From assembly GCA_964248365.1 (NCBI GenBank), contig CAXTYC010000001.1, positions 128,001 through 192,000 of the forward strand: 64,000 nt of DNA. The letters run 5' to 3'. The position numbers and the translations under genes are program-made. This document shows positions 53,599 through 64,000 of the stretch, in pieces. Under the pieces are notes generated by a model. It was not told the origin of the DNA and searched no databases. It saw only the letters and a list, made by a program, of their open reading frames with translations. Each line of letters begins with the position of its first letter. Position 1 is the first letter of the stretch. Origin of the DNA: an uncultured Chroococcidiopsis sp. Lineage in GTDB: Bacteria > Cyanobacteriota > Cyanobacteriia > Cyanobacteriales > Chroococcidiopsidaceae.

Positions 53599-54516
53599 AT
53601 GCAGACACTATCTAATCAGTGGCATGGTAGCCTTAACTTGGTGTTTGCTAAAGTTCAGAATAAAACTGAACTAATTTACAATCAGGTACAAGCGCCCCTG
53701 AAGGTACAGCGACCATTTTATCCAGAAGGATCAGAGGTTTGTCATAGTGTAGTATTGCATACAGCAGGGGGAATTGTCGGTGGCGATCGCTTAGATTTAA
53801 ATTTCCAACTGCAACAGGAAGCGAAAGCTTTAATTACTACAGCTGCTGCAAGTAAAATTTATCGTAGTAATGGGTTACAAGCACGACAATCCATTCAGAT
53901 GCAAGTTGACGCTGATGCTACTTTAGAATGGTTGCCCCAGGAAACAATTGTATTCAATGGTGCAATTTATCGCCAAGACTTGAGAGTAGAATTAGCTCCG
54001 AAAGCAACTTGGATAGGCTGGGAGATTACAAGATTTGGGCGTAGTGCCAGAGGAGAAAGATTTCTACAGGGAGAGTGGCGCAGTAATACCGAAGTTTGGC
54101 AGCAAGGCATCCCCCTTTGGATAGATAGACAATGGCTACCAGGTAATGAGGAAATCATCAACAGTCCTCACGGCTTAGCAAAACAACCGATTGTAGCAAG
54201 CCTCGCCTGGATAGGGCAACCAGTCTCACCAGAAATAGTAGAACTAGCACGTTCCTTGTGGAGTCCCACGTCAGAAGCCAGAAGTCAGGAGACAGGAGTT
54301 AGGAGTCAGGAGACCCACGAAGATCGACCCACGACAGAATATTTAATTCTTTCATCTCCCTCATTTGGTGTTACTCGTCTTCCTTGTGGATTATTATGTC
54401 GCTATCGTGGCTCTTCTACCACACAAGTGCGAAACTGGTTTACAGCTGTGTGGCAGCTATTGCGTGTATCCTATTTAGGACGCTCTAGCTGTCTACCTAG
54501 AGTTTGGCAAATCTGA
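53599..54516 (+). CDS. ureD: Urease accessory protein
   Basis: PLKVQRPFYPEG, HTAGGIVGGD, LEWLPQETI, PRVW. Confidence 0.95.
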   Translation: MQTLSNQWHGSLNLVFAKVQNKTELIYNQVQAPLKVQRPFYPEGSEVCHSVVLHTAGGIVGGDRLDLNFQLQQEAKALITTAAASKIYRSNGLQARQSIQMQVDADATLEWLPQETIVFNGAIYRQDLRVELAPKATWIGWEITRFGRSARGERFLQGEWRSNTEVWQQGIPLWIDRQWLPGNEEIINSPHGLAKQPIVASLAWIGQPVSPEIVELARSLWSPTSEARSQETGVRSQETHEDRPTTEYLILSSPSFGVTRLPCGLLCRYRGSSTTQVRNWFTAVWQLLRVSYLGRSSCLPRVWQI

Positions 54517-54527
54517 AGGGATAATCA

Positions 54528-54830
54528 ATGCAACTCACGCCGCAGGAAAAAGACAAGCTACTTATTTTCACTGCTGCCTTATTAGCAGAACGACGCAAAG
54601 ATAGAGGATTAAAATTGAATTACCCAGAGGCAGTTGCTTACATTTCTGCCGCAATTTTAGAAGGAGCTAGAGATGGTCGTACTGTAGCAGATTTAATGAG
54701 CTATGGTGCAACTTTGCTGACAAGAGATGATGTGATGGAAGGTGTACCAGAAATGGTGCAGGAAGTGCAAGTAGAAGCAACATTTCCCGATGGTACAAAA
54801 TTGGTGACAGTTCACAACCCAATTCGTTAG
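54528..54830 (+). CDS. ureA: Urease subunit gamma
   Basis: [25 protein letters not shown]. Confidence 0.99.
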   Translation: MQLTPQEKDKLLIFTAALLAERRKDRGLKLNYPEAVAYISAAILEGARDGRTVADLMSYGATLLTRDDVMEGVPEMVQEVQVEATFPDGTKLVTVHNPIR

Positions 54831-54996
54831 ACTCAATTACACCACACTTGGCAAATAGAATTCAAGCTTCACGCGCTTTGAGATTCAAATTCTAGCAACC
54901 AATAGATGCGTACGGTGCGTTAGTTTCTCGCTTTCTATGACAAAAAGATTAGTGATACAAAACAAGTAACCTAGAGAATGATTTGAGGAAGGGGTA

Positions 54997-55308
54997 ATGA
55001 TTCCAGGGGAAATGATAGTTCAGCCAGGGGAAATTGAACTGAATGCCCAACGTGCGGTAATTCGTTTGCAGGTAGCAAATACAGGCGATCGCCCGATCCA
55101 AGTCGGTTCCCACTTCCACTTCTTGGAAGTCAACCCAGCCTTAGAATTCGACCGCGAACAAGCCTATGGTATGCGCCTAGACATCCCAGCAGGTACAGCA
55201 GTACGCTTTGAACCAGGAGACGAACGAGAAATATCACTAGTACCCCTAGCAGGAAGCCGCATTGTCTACGGCTTCAACGGCACAATTAACGGAAAACTAG
55301 ACACTTAA
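54997..55308 (+). CDS. ureB: Urease subunit beta
   Basis: [24 protein letters not shown]. Confidence 0.99.
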   Translation: MIPGEMIVQPGEIELNAQRAVIRLQVANTGDRPIQVGSHFHFLEVNPALEFDREQAYGMRLDIPAGTAVRFEPGDEREISLVPLAGSRIVYGFNGTINGKLDT

Positions 55309-55403
55309 AAATCTTACGGGCGCGTTTTCCTGGGGTTTAAACCCTAGGCTAATGCGTCCTTTGCGGTTCGATAATTCTTCTAAAACTCTTTTGAGGAGTC
55401 CAT

Positions 55404-57119
55404 ATGAGTTACAGAATGGATCGCCGTGCTTACGCTGAAACATTTGGACCAACACTGGGGGATCGCATTCGCCTCGCCGACACAGAATTATTCATCGAAG
55501 TCGAACAAGACTTTACCACCTACGGCGATGAAGTTAAATTCGGCGGCGGTAAAGTCATCCGCGACGGTATGGGACAATCCCCCATTTCCAACGCTGATGG
55601 TGCGGTAGACATGGTAATCACCAACGCCCTCATTCTCGACTGGTGGGGCATTGTCAAAGCAGATATCGGCATCAAAGACGGTAAAATATTCAAAATTGGT
55701 AAAGCTGGAAATCCGTACATTCAGGACAACGTAGATATTATCATTGGTCCTGGTACTGAGGTAGTAGCTGGCGAAGGCAAGATTCTCACAGCCGGAGGAA
55801 TTGACACTCACATTCACTTTATCTGTCCTCAGCAAATCGAATGTGCGATCGCCTCCGGTATCACTACAATGATCGGCGGCGGTACAGGTCCCGCAGCGGG
55901 TACAAACGCCACAACCTGCACCCCAGGACCTTGGAACATTCACCGAATGCTACAAGCAGCTGAAGCCTTCCCCGTCAACTTAGGTTTCTTAGGCAAAGGT
56001 AACAGCAGCCAACCCCAAGGATTAATTGAACAAATTGCAGCTGGCGCGATCGGTTTGAAACTACATGAAGACTGGGGAACCACACCCGCCACTATTGATA
56101 CTTGCCTGAGCGTTGCCGATGAATATGATGTACAAGTGGCAATTCACACAGACACCCTAAACGAAGCCGGATTTGTCGAAGCAACCATCGCCGCCTTTAA
56201 AAATCGTGCTATTCATACTTACCACACCGAAGGTGCAGGCGGCGGTCACGCCCCAGATATTATTAAAGTCTGTGGTGAAGCTAATGTCTTGCCTTCTTCC
56301 ACCAACCCCACACGCCCTTATACAGTCAATACCCTGGATGAACACCTAGATATGTTGATGGTATGCCATCATCTCGATCCTAGCATACCAGAAGACGTTG
56401 CTTTTGCCGAATCACGTATTCGCCGCGAAACGATCGCCGCCGAGGATATTCTGCACGACTTAGGCGCATTCAGCATGATTTCCTCCGACTCCCAAGCGAT
56501 GGGACGAGTAGGAGAAGTAATTATTCGCACTTGGCAAACAGCACACAAAATGAAAGTGCAAAGAGGACATTTATCCCCGCAAGGAGAGTCATCAGAAAAT
56601 GACAACTTCCGCGCCAAAAGGTATATTGCCAAGTACACAATTAATCCCGCCATTACTCACGGTATTGCTAATACGGTTGGTTCAGTCGAAGTTGGGAAAC
56701 TAGCAGATTTATGCCTCTGGCATCCTGCCTTTTTTGGTGTGAAACCAGACATAGTAATTAAAGGCGGTGCGATCGCAATTGCTCAAATGGGAGATCCTAA
56801 CGCCAGTATCCCCACACCTCAACCAGTGCATATGCGTCCAATGTTTGCTAGTTTTGGCGGTGCGATCGCTGCTACATCCCTCACATTTGTCTCACAATCG
56901 GCAATAGATCGGGAAATTCCCATTCAACTAGGTTTACACAAGCAGACTGTTGCAGTATCACAGACACGACAACTAACTAAAACCCACATGAAACTAAACG
57001 ATGCTCTACCTCACATGGAAATAGACCCAGAAACCTACGAAGTTAGAGCAGACGGTCAACTACTCACCTGCGAAAGTGCCACCGTCCTTCCCCTCGCCCA
57101 ACGCTACTTTTTATTTTAA
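55404..57119 (+). CDS. ureC: Urease subunit alpha
   Basis: [32 protein letters not shown]. Confidence 0.99.
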   Translation: MSYRMDRRAYAETFGPTLGDRIRLADTELFIEVEQDFTTYGDEVKFGGGKVIRDGMGQSPISNADGAVDMVITNALILDWWGIVKADIGIKDGKIFKIGKAGNPYIQDNVDIIIGPGTEVVAGEGKILTAGGIDTHIHFICPQQIECAIASGITTMIGGGTGPAAGTNATTCTPGPWNIHRMLQAAEAFPVNLGFLGKGNSSQPQGLIEQIAAGAIGLKLHEDWGTTPATIDTCLSVADEYDVQVAIHTDTLNEAGFVEATIAAFKNRAIHTYHTEGAGGGHAPDIIKVCGEANVLPSSTNPTRPYTVNTLDEHLDMLMVCHHLDPSIPEDVAFAESRIRRETIAAEDILHDLGAFSMISSDSQAMGRVGEVIIRTWQTAHKMKVQRGHLSPQGESSENDNFRAKRYIAKYTINPAITHGIANTVGSVEVGKLADLCLWHPAFFGVKPDIVIKGGAIAIAQMGDPNASIPTPQPVHMRPMFASFGGAIAATSLTFVSQSAIDREIPIQLGLHKQTVAVSQTRQLTKTHMKLNDALPHMEIDPETYEVRADGQLLTCESATVLPLAQRYFLF

Positions 57120-57434
57120 TAACTAGCTATTAGCTATTAGCTTTTAGCTGTTAGCTGCTCTGACACCAAACCCTTAAAACCTTACTTAACTTTACCTCTT
57201 AGCGCCTTTGCGTCTTTGCGCGACACTATACTTAAATTACAACTACAATTAAGCAAGTTGTTATTAAAAGCTGTATAAATTTAATTACACCTTGCTAATA
57301 ATAAAAAGGCATCAACTATCAAAAGACAGAAAAACATTCATCCCTTAGTAAGAGGTCAAAAAAGCAGTCAAAAGGAAAAATGATACAGATATAGATATAT
57401 TAAAAAATCTTAATCTAATCTAACTGCTGATTCC

Positions 57435-58535
57435 ATGACTGCCCAATCCTCTGCCGTTGACAGGATATTAGTTGTAGACGACTCTCCAGATAACGTATTC
57501 CTCATTCAAACGATTTTGGAAGAGGAAGGATATGATATTAGCACAGCAGAAGATGGTCCCTCTGCTTTAGCACAGATTGACGAATGTGCACCACATTTAA
57601 TATTGCTGGATGTAATGATGCCAGGAATGGATGGCTTTGAAGTAACTCAACGCATCCGAAAAAATACTAAATTGCCATTTATCCCCATTCTGCTAATCAC
57701 CGCCTACGACCAACCCAGCGTAGCGCAAGGATTAGATATGGGTGCAGATGATTTCATTCGCAAGCCAGTTGAAGTTGATGAATTGCTAGCACGAGTGCGA
57801 TCGCTCCTTCGACTCAAGCATAGCGTAGACGAACGTGACCAAATCGCCCGCCAACGGGAAGATTTTGTTTCTCGTCTGACTCACGATCTACGCACTCCCT
57901 TGGTAGCAGCAGATCGAATGCTGTTGCTATTTCAGCAAGGTGCTTTAGGAGAACTGTCGCCTATCATGCACGAAGCAGTTGACACCATGATTCGCAGCAA
58001 CAAAAACTTGCTGCAAATGGTTAATACTCTGCTGGAAGTATATCGTTTTGAAGCTGGACGCAAAAATCTCACCTTTTTACCAGTTGACATTGCAGATGTA
58101 CTCGAAGAAGTGGCTAAGGAATTGACTCCCTTAGCTGGGGACAAAGGACTACCATTAAAGTTACAATTCGATCAAAAACCAACTTCAACCAAAGTATTAG
58201 GCGATCGCTTAGAGTTGCATCGCGTCTTCACTAACCTTGTGGGCAATGCGATCAAATTCACCGATGCTGGTTCAGTCACTATCCGTCTCCTACCCGATCA
58301 GGCAACAAACAACACCATGAAGATTGAGGTAGAAGATACTGGTTCCGGTATCTCTCCTCAAGATCAAGCCACCTTATTTGAACGATTTCGCCAAGGTAGC
58401 CACAAGCGTTCCGGTAGTGGTTTGGGACTTTATCTTTCTCGCCGCATCGTTGAAGCTCACAAAGGCAGCATTGAGGTTAACTCAGAGTTAGGTAAAGGTA
58501 GTCTCTTCATTGTCCGCCTGCCTATATTGATCTAG
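57435..58535 (+). CDS. Hybrid response regulator/histidine kinase
   Basis: ILVVDD, LLDVMMP, THDLRTPL, NLVGNAIKFT, GSGLGL. Confidence 0.95.
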   Translation: MTAQSSAVDRILVVDDSPDNVFLIQTILEEEGYDISTAEDGPSALAQIDECAPHLILLDVMMPGMDGFEVTQRIRKNTKLPFIPILLITAYDQPSVAQGLDMGADDFIRKPVEVDELLARVRSLLRLKHSVDERDQIARQREDFVSRLTHDLRTPLVAADRMLLLFQQGALGELSPIMHEAVDTMIRSNKNLLQMVNTLLEVYRFEAGRKNLTFLPVDIADVLEEVAKELTPLAGDKGLPLKLQFDQKPTSTKVLGDRLELHRVFTNLVGNAIKFTDAGSVTIRLLPDQATNNTMKIEVEDTGSGISPQDQATLFERFRQGSHKRSGSGLGLYLSRRIVEAHKGSIEVNSELGKGSLFIVRLPILI

Positions 58536-58858
58536 CTGAGGGGGCTGACTCCTCTGAGGAGGCAAAAGGTAGATTAAGAATTAATATTCTGTCTTCTGTC
58601 TTCTGTCTCCTGACTCCTGACTCCTAAGAATAAAAAATCGCGTCGGGCTGAAAAGATATGGCTGTACTTTTTTGCTAAATTCGTGTATGATTTTCTTAAT
58701 AATGGAAATCTGTGCAAAATTATTATTAAGGGTTATATTCCCATTATTAAGTAGATAATACCAAGCTGCTTGAAATTTTGCAATAGCTCCTTTAAAATTT
58801 GTCGTTGCTCAATCTCAAGCTATAAAATAACTGTATTGTTTAGTATCCTTGCCTTGCG

Positions 58859-60241
58859 ATGCTCACTCAATCAACCGTCAGTGACATCATCCGTCAACAA
58901 AGAGACTTTTTTCAAACTGGAAAAACGAAAGACATTGCTTTTCGCATTAGTGGGTTAAAAAAGCTAGAGCAAGCAATTAACGACAATGCAGCAGCGATTA
59001 CTGATGCATTAAAAGCAGATTTAAATAAACCAGAATTTGAAACGTATTTGACAGAAATTGCGCTCAGCCAAAAAGAAATTAGTTATGCGATTAAAAATAT
59101 AAAGACTTGGACTAAGCCACACAAAGCTAATATTGGGCTTGAGCAACTTCCAGGTTTTGGGCGGATATTGGCAGAACCAGTGGGTGTAGTTTTAATTATC
59201 AGTCCTTGGAACTATCCATTCCAGCTTATTATTACACCGTTGGTAGGAGCGATCGCAGCGGGTAACTGTGCCATTCTCAAACCATCAGAAAACGCCCCTC
59301 ATACTTCTCGTATCTTAGCCAAGATTCTGCCACAATATTTTGATCCTGCCTATATTGCCGTATTAGAAGGTGGCGTTGAAACTAGTCAACAACTATTAGC
59401 CCAAAAGTTTGACCACATCTTCTTTACAGGTGGCACTACGATAGGCAGAATGGTGATGGAGGCAGCAGCAAAACATCTTACCCCAGTCACTTTGGAATTA
59501 GGCGGTAAAAGTCCTTGTATTGTAGATGCACATACCAATATTGAATATACTGCCAGACGCATTACTTGGGGTAAATTTATCAATGCTGGTCAAACTTGCG
59601 TTGCTCCTGACTATCTTTTAGTTGAGCAAAAAATTAAGCAAGAATTAATAGATAGCATTCAAAAGTGTATTCGAGAATTTTTTGGTGAGCAACCGATTGT
59701 AAGTCCTGACTATGCCAGAATTATCAATCAAAAGCACTTTAACCGACTAGTTGAATTTCTCAAAGACGGTGAAATTATTATTGGCGGACAGAGCAATTTA
59801 GATGAGCGTTATATTGCTCCTACTCTGCTCAATTGTACTTCCTTGCAAGTGCCAGTAATGCAAGAAGAAATTTTTGGTCCAATTCTACCTGTATTTACCT
59901 ATAGTGACATAGAAGAAGCGATCGCCATCATCAATCAAAAACCAAAACCCCTAGCTCTGTACTTATTTTCTCGCAACAAAAACCTACAACAGCGAGTTTT
60001 ACACTCAACTTCATCCGGCAGCGTTTGTATTAACGATACAGTGATACAGTGTGCTATCCCAACTTTACCTTTTGGCGGCGTTGGTGGTAGTGGCATGGGT
60101 AGATATCACGGTAAAGCTAGTTTTGATACCTTCTCCCACTATAAAAGTGTATTGAACAGATCTTTACTGCTCGATATAAAATTGCGCTACCCTCCATATA
60201 CCCCTGGTAAATTCCAGCTACTCAAACGCATCCTTGGATAA
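58859..60241 (+). CDS. Aldehyde dehydrogenase (ALDH3-like)
   Basis: SPWNYP, FFTGG, LELGGKSP, NAGQTCVAPD, EEIFGP. Confidence 0.96.
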   Translation: MLTQSTVSDIIRQQRDFFQTGKTKDIAFRISGLKKLEQAINDNAAAITDALKADLNKPEFETYLTEIALSQKEISYAIKNIKTWTKPHKANIGLEQLPGFGRILAEPVGVVLIISPWNYPFQLIITPLVGAIAAGNCAILKPSENAPHTSRILAKILPQYFDPAYIAVLEGGVETSQQLLAQKFDHIFFTGGTTIGRMVMEAAAKHLTPVTLELGGKSPCIVDAHTNIEYTARRITWGKFINAGQTCVAPDYLLVEQKIKQELIDSIQKCIREFFGEQPIVSPDYARIINQKHFNRLVEFLKDGEIIIGGQSNLDERYIAPTLLNCTSLQVPVMQEEIFGPILPVFTYSDIEEAIAIINQKPKPLALYLFSRNKNLQQRVLHSTSSGSVCINDTVIQCAIPTLPFGGVGGSGMGRYHGKASFDTFSHYKSVLNRSLLLDIKLRYPPYTPGKFQLLKRILG

Positions 60242-60426
60242 GGTGAGGGGTTTGGGGCTTGAGGCTTGAGGCTAGGGAAAAGGTGAAGGATAAAGGTTGA
60301 AGGTTGAAGGTTAAAAATTAAATATTAAATTTTACACTTCACACTTCACACTTACACTTTATACTTCGCGCCTTCATATTTTACACTTCGCGCCTTCCCT
60401 AGCCTCCAGCCTCCAGTCCCCAGCCC

Positions 60427-61026
60427 CTAAAAAAAGCCACTATAGCGCTCTTCTGCCCAAGGTTCTCCGCGACGGTGGTAGCCATTGCGTTCCCAGAAAC
60501 CCAATTCTTCGTTTTCTAGAAACTCCAGACCATTAATCCACTTGGCGCTTTTCCAGGCGTAGAGGTGGGGAACGACTAGCCGCAGTGGACCGCCATGTTC
60601 TGCTGGTAGTGGTTCACCAAATACGGTGTGAGCGAAAAAGTTTTCTTCCCGCACAAAATCTGCGATCGCAATATTGGTAGTATAACCACCGTAGCAGTGT
60701 TCCATAACGTAGGCGGCTTTTGGATCTACCTCAACTTGGCGCATAAAGTCTGTAACTTTAACACCAGTCCATTTAACATCAAGCTTAGACCAGCGCGTTA
60801 CACAATGGAAATCCGCTGTAAAATCGTGCTGAGGCAGTGCCATAAAGTCTGACCAGGTAAAGGTAACTGGTTTTGCCAAACCCCATACCCGAAATTGCCA
60901 ATCTTCAATGCTGACAGTGGGGGTTTGACCGTAGGTAAGGACGGGGAATCCCTTAGTCAGATATTGACCAGGAGGAACGCGATCGCTTTGTTCTCCTCCT
61001 GGTTTTTGGAAAAATTTTCCTAGCAT
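60427..61026 (-). CDS. Sulfite oxidase-like molybdopterin oxidoreductase
   Basis: RVPPGQ, DFHCVTRWS, EHGGPLRLVVP, KSAKW, GFWERNGYH. Confidence 0.92.
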   Translation of the reverse strand: MLGKFFQKPGGEQSDRVPPGQYLTKGFPVLTYGQTPTVSIEDWQFRVWGLAKPVTFTWSDFMALPQHDFTADFHCVTRWSKLDVKWTGVKVTDFMRQVEVDPKAAYVMEHCYGGYTTNIAIADFVREENFFAHTVFGEPLPAEHGGPLRLVVPHLYAWKSAKWINGLEFLENEELGFWERNGYHRRGEPWAEERYSGFF

Positions 61027-61222
61027 TTGGCGTAAATAGATAAGTTGTGTTTACAAGCTTCTGTTGCTGTTAACTGTTAGCTGTTAGCTGTTCCTCTTTA
61101 TTTCTAGCAGATGGTTATCTTTGTAACGAGGCGAGTCAATTGTGTTGCTACTTGCTAAAAGCTAAAAGCTAATCGTTAAAAGCTAATAGCTAAAAGCTAC
61201 TAGCTCCTTAAGCCCTGCTTGT

Positions 61223-61399
61223 TTAGGATTCTTCTTCCTCTTCTGCTTCTGGGTTAGGATAAACAAATTTAGAACGCCCAGACAGAATAGACTTGCCTAG
61301 AGAAAGTGCTTTCTGAGCCTGTAGCTCTGCCTTTTTTCTCCAAGTGGTTCTACGCTTATCTCGTTTTGACTTAGATGTTTTCTTCTTGGGAACAGCCAT
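61223..61399 (-). CDS. rpmF: 50S ribosomal protein L32 (missing from ORF track)
   Basis: Manual translation [24 protein letters not shown]...[13 protein letters not shown]...EEES*, 58 aa. Confidence 0.96.
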   Translation of the reverse strand: MAVPKKKTSKSKRDKRRTTWRKKAELQAQKALSLGKSILSGRSKFVYPNPEAEEEEES

Positions 61400-61501
61400 G
61401 ACAGATTAACCAGTAATTTTTCACAACCTTTCTATCATAATTCGTAATTCGTAATTTTCCCCCTGCTCCCACAGCGAACCCTGCTCTGTTGCGCACCCCT
61501 G

Positions 61502-62530
61502 TTATCGGGATGAGGGGATGATTCCAGGTGTAGTAGTAGTTGTACTGTTGCCCGACGGTGTGCTTCCAGTTGAGTTCGTATAGCTTCTAGAATTAGAGTT
61601 ATTTGGTGTAATAGGAGTCAGAGGTTGGCTTTGTGGGGCTACGGGGGCTGCGACGGGCGCAGAGGGAGTCAATGTTCCTGATGGCGAGGTCGAATTGGGT
61701 ACAGAGCTAGGGGTATTTAATGGGGTGGAACTGGGTGATTGGGGCGTTAATCCTCCTCCAGTCGGCAAAGTTTGACCAGTAGGTGAAGTGCTATTACTAG
61801 TGCCTGTTTGACCGGAGGGAAAATTGCTGGAGGGAAAATTATTCGTAGATTGTCCCGATGTAGAGGGTGTTACCACACGCCCAGGTTGAGAGAAACTGCC
61901 ATTATCACCAAAGCCTTGTCTGACGTTACCTGGATTCAAATTATGTGGCGGTCTTGATGATGTAGAGTTAGTATCCCTTGATCGAATTCGAGATGATCGG
62001 TTAGTGTTGTTTGACCTACCTGTAGAAGTACCAGGATTAGTGGTAGCTAGGTCTTCCTCAAGTCGAAGTAGCAATCGCGCCTGATTGAAGTAAGTAATGT
62101 CGCGCCTTGCATTAGGACTAGAAGAGTTAGTGCGGCTAACTTTCAAATTCAAGACTGGGGCGATCGCACCTCGATTGTGAGCTACTACGGTAATGGAGAT
62201 ATCATCCGCCTGCCTATTTCGGGCTAAATTGTTTGCAGCTGCTGCCCTTGCAACCGCTTCCGCACGCTTGACCAAACTTTCGTAGGTTTCATTTGGTTGG
62301 CGCTCAATAGTAACGTCATAAGTAACGTCATAGCTAGCTGTTTGTGAGGAGGCAATTTGTGGGATGTATACTGCCTGTGCCAACCATAAACCGCTTCCTA
62401 ATCCCAGTGACACTAATGAGGTTGCAATCCAAGTTTTCCAGTCTTGAAGTCGAGGTTCCATCAAGACGTAGCTCAAATTGATCGCTTGATTAATTGCTGT
62501 TGAAGATTGACCGCGAATATTGTCTCGCAT
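61502..62530 (-). CDS. Hypothetical exported protein with Ser/Thr/Pro-rich disordered tail
   Basis: TM/signal segment, NETYESLVKRAEAVAR..IAPVL core, low-complexity C-terminus. Confidence 0.75.
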   Translation of the reverse strand: MRDNIRGQSSTAINQAINLSYVLMEPRLQDWKTWIATSLVSLGLGSGLWLAQAVYIPQIASSQTASYDVTYDVTIERQPNETYESLVKRAEAVARAAAANNLARNRQADDISITVVAHNRGAIAPVLNLKVSRTNSSSPNARRDITYFNQARLLLRLEEDLATTNPGTSTGRSNNTNRSSRIRSRDTNSTSSRPPHNLNPGNVRQGFGDNGSFSQPGRVVTPSTSGQSTNNFPSSNFPSGQTGTSNSTSPTGQTLPTGGGLTPQSPSSTPLNTPSSVPNSTSPSGTLTPSAPVAAPVAPQSQPLTPITPNNSNSRSYTNSTGSTPSGNSTTTTTPGIIPSSR

Positions 62531-62814
62531 AGCCGCTCATTCCTTGCTTCTGACCTGGGATGATTAGCTTAGTATAACTTTATCCTCAATCATTAGTCAT
62601 CTTCACGAATGGCGCTTTTAGTGGAACCAGTGACTAGTGGCGCTTTGGCTAGAAATGAGGAGCGTTCTTCGCAGGGGGAGCAGGGGAGAGTGGGAATCAG
62701 GGGAGAGTGGGAGATGAAGAATTAACTATTCTGACTTCTGTCTTCTGTCTCCTGACTTGGAGACTTCTGACTACTAACTACTGACTTCTATCTACTCACT
62801 ACTTTTCTACTTAC

Positions 62815-63192
62815 TTAGCAGTAGCAGGTAACGTCTTCACCACATTCATCAGCTAGATAGCATAGCGCCCGAAAACGTAAGCTAACGACTTCTTCATAAA
62901 GTGGGTTGAGCTTACACATTGGCGGGATGTGGAAGAGTGTGCGACCCATAAAACATACATCACGCTCAAAAGGACACTGCGCCGGAATAAGTTTGCATAG
63001 GCGATGTGCGATTTTGGGATTGCGGATTTTAACGCTGTCTAGCCATTGACGTAGCGGTTGCAGAATATCAACGGTAGGCTTTTTAATTGGCTGGTGTGTA
63101 TGGTCGATATTACTAACAGGTGCTGATTCTTGGTCAATCCAAATCAAGCTAGCTAGAGAAATATCTTGAGTTGTATAGGGGGAAGCATTCAT
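62815..63192 (-). CDS. Mo-dependent nitrogenase C-terminal domain-containing protein
   Basis: LCKLIPAQCPFER, HIPPMCKLNPLYE, LRFRALCYLAD. Confidence 0.9.
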   Translation of the reverse strand: MNASPYTTQDISLASLIWIDQESAPVSNIDHTHQPIKKPTVDILQPLRQWLDSVKIRNPKIAHRLCKLIPAQCPFERDVCFMGRTLFHIPPMCKLNPLYEEVVSLRFRALCYLADECGEDVTCYC

Positions 63193-63803
63193 AGTTCACT
63201 CCTCTATTTGGTTCAGCTAAATTGAACTTTCTACAGAATATCTACAATGTTTTAACGCTTTTTCCCGAAATAAGTTTCCGTTAGTTAGAAATTTATAACG
63301 AGGTTATTTACTTTTTCTTAGGTACTTACTACTACTTCATTACGTTACCTAACGATTTGGCATAAACAGAAGGTTGGTCGGGTAATTTTGTCAGAATTTT
63401 AATCTATTTAAAACTTTAGTGAAGCAAAGCATATTTGACTGGCGGCAGATGTAAAAGCAGCATCTATTTAATGCATTAAAAACATTTATAAATATTCTGT
63501 ATTTAAAGATACATCTATATTTTTTGTTGCTTTCAATACAACTTGTCCAATCAATCTATCTTTTTTTTAAACCTCTCAATTTAGATTTGCTTTAGATTTT
63601 GGCTGAAATATCTTACTTTTGAATGAGAAACATTACTGAAGTTTGTGAGAATCTAAAGAAAATATTAAAAGTAATTTGCGTAAATTTACTGAGGGTATTT
63701 ATTCTTATAATGGTTGGGCGTGGGTTGGTACGCTGTTTGCCTTCCAGGCTCTGTCAGGTGGGAACGAGTCTTACCGATACTCTAATAGAGGCTGAAACTG
63801 GAT

Positions 63804-63956
63804 ACAACTAGTTACCCAGTCTGAGACTGGGTACTAAATAGGGGAGGTTCGCTCCTCGTTAGAGTGCAAGATGTGAGTTGATATTCTGTTGTAGCGGTGT
63901 TTGACAACTAGTACCCAGTTTGAGACTGGGTACTAAATAGGGGAGGTTCGCTCCTC
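63804..63956. repeat. Two ~53-bp palindromic direct repeats with 100-bp period
   Basis: ACAACTAG(T)TACCCAGTYTGAGACTGGGTACTAAATAGGGGAGGTTCGCTCCTC at 63804-63857 and 63904-63956. Confidence 0.85.
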
Positions 63957-64000
63957 CTTTACTGTGCATCAGTCGCACAAAAATTAGGGGCGGAAGGCGA

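Larger units (their letters stand above)
671..62167. repeat. HIP1 octamer GCGATCGC dispersed through core genes
   Basis: Dozens of copies seen (e.g. 671, 2148, 7432, 8593, 19268, 28601, 62160). Confidence 0.95.

Noticed and set aside
980..60852. Numerous short ORFs antisense or out of frame within long genes
   Set aside because: Shadow ORFs of well-supported genes
62815..63192. Nitrogen-fixation gene
   Set aside because: The domain name is historical; no nif genes nearby and the family is widespread in cyanobacteria
63804..63956. CRISPR array
   Set aside because: Only two repeats, ~53 bp long, no cas genes in window; resembles a REP-like family

Overview
Chromosomal window from a cyanobacterium, probably filamentous and Nostocales-like. 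Evidence: abundant HIP1 octamers (GCGATCGC), many 7-bp tandem repeats, and typical cyanobacterial genes. It is mostly core genome: purH, a hopanoid cluster (shc, hpnB, hpnG-like), an RND transporter, leuS, the M23-ComFB/CdgR-sigG-anti-sigma block, a Kef-type antiporter, hfq, dapF, txlA, pstS with a Pho box, a CHAD protein, a Mg-chelatase H paralog, crtD, ureDABC, a hybrid kinase, an aldehyde dehydrogenase and rpmF (absent from the ORF track). Small HIP1-poor accessory inserts are interspersed: a decayed PD-(D/E)XK gene, an acyl-CoA dehydrogenase flanked by inverted REP-like elements, an HNH-like protein with membrane helices behind a structured leader, a doubly frameshifted type II R-M pair, a di-heme cytochrome c gene flanked by direct repeats, and an AlkB + SAM-methyltransferase pair whose methyltransferase ends in an SSB-like DIPF tail. 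The best candidates for something undescribed are the AlkB/methyltransferase pair, the HNH-membrane protein, and a ~120-nt four-way-junction RNA candidate at ~13960-14080. Small repeats have also invaded many protein-coding genes in frame. No CRISPR array, rRNA, tRNA or transposase was recognised. All calls come from reading motifs by eye; no database searches were run.
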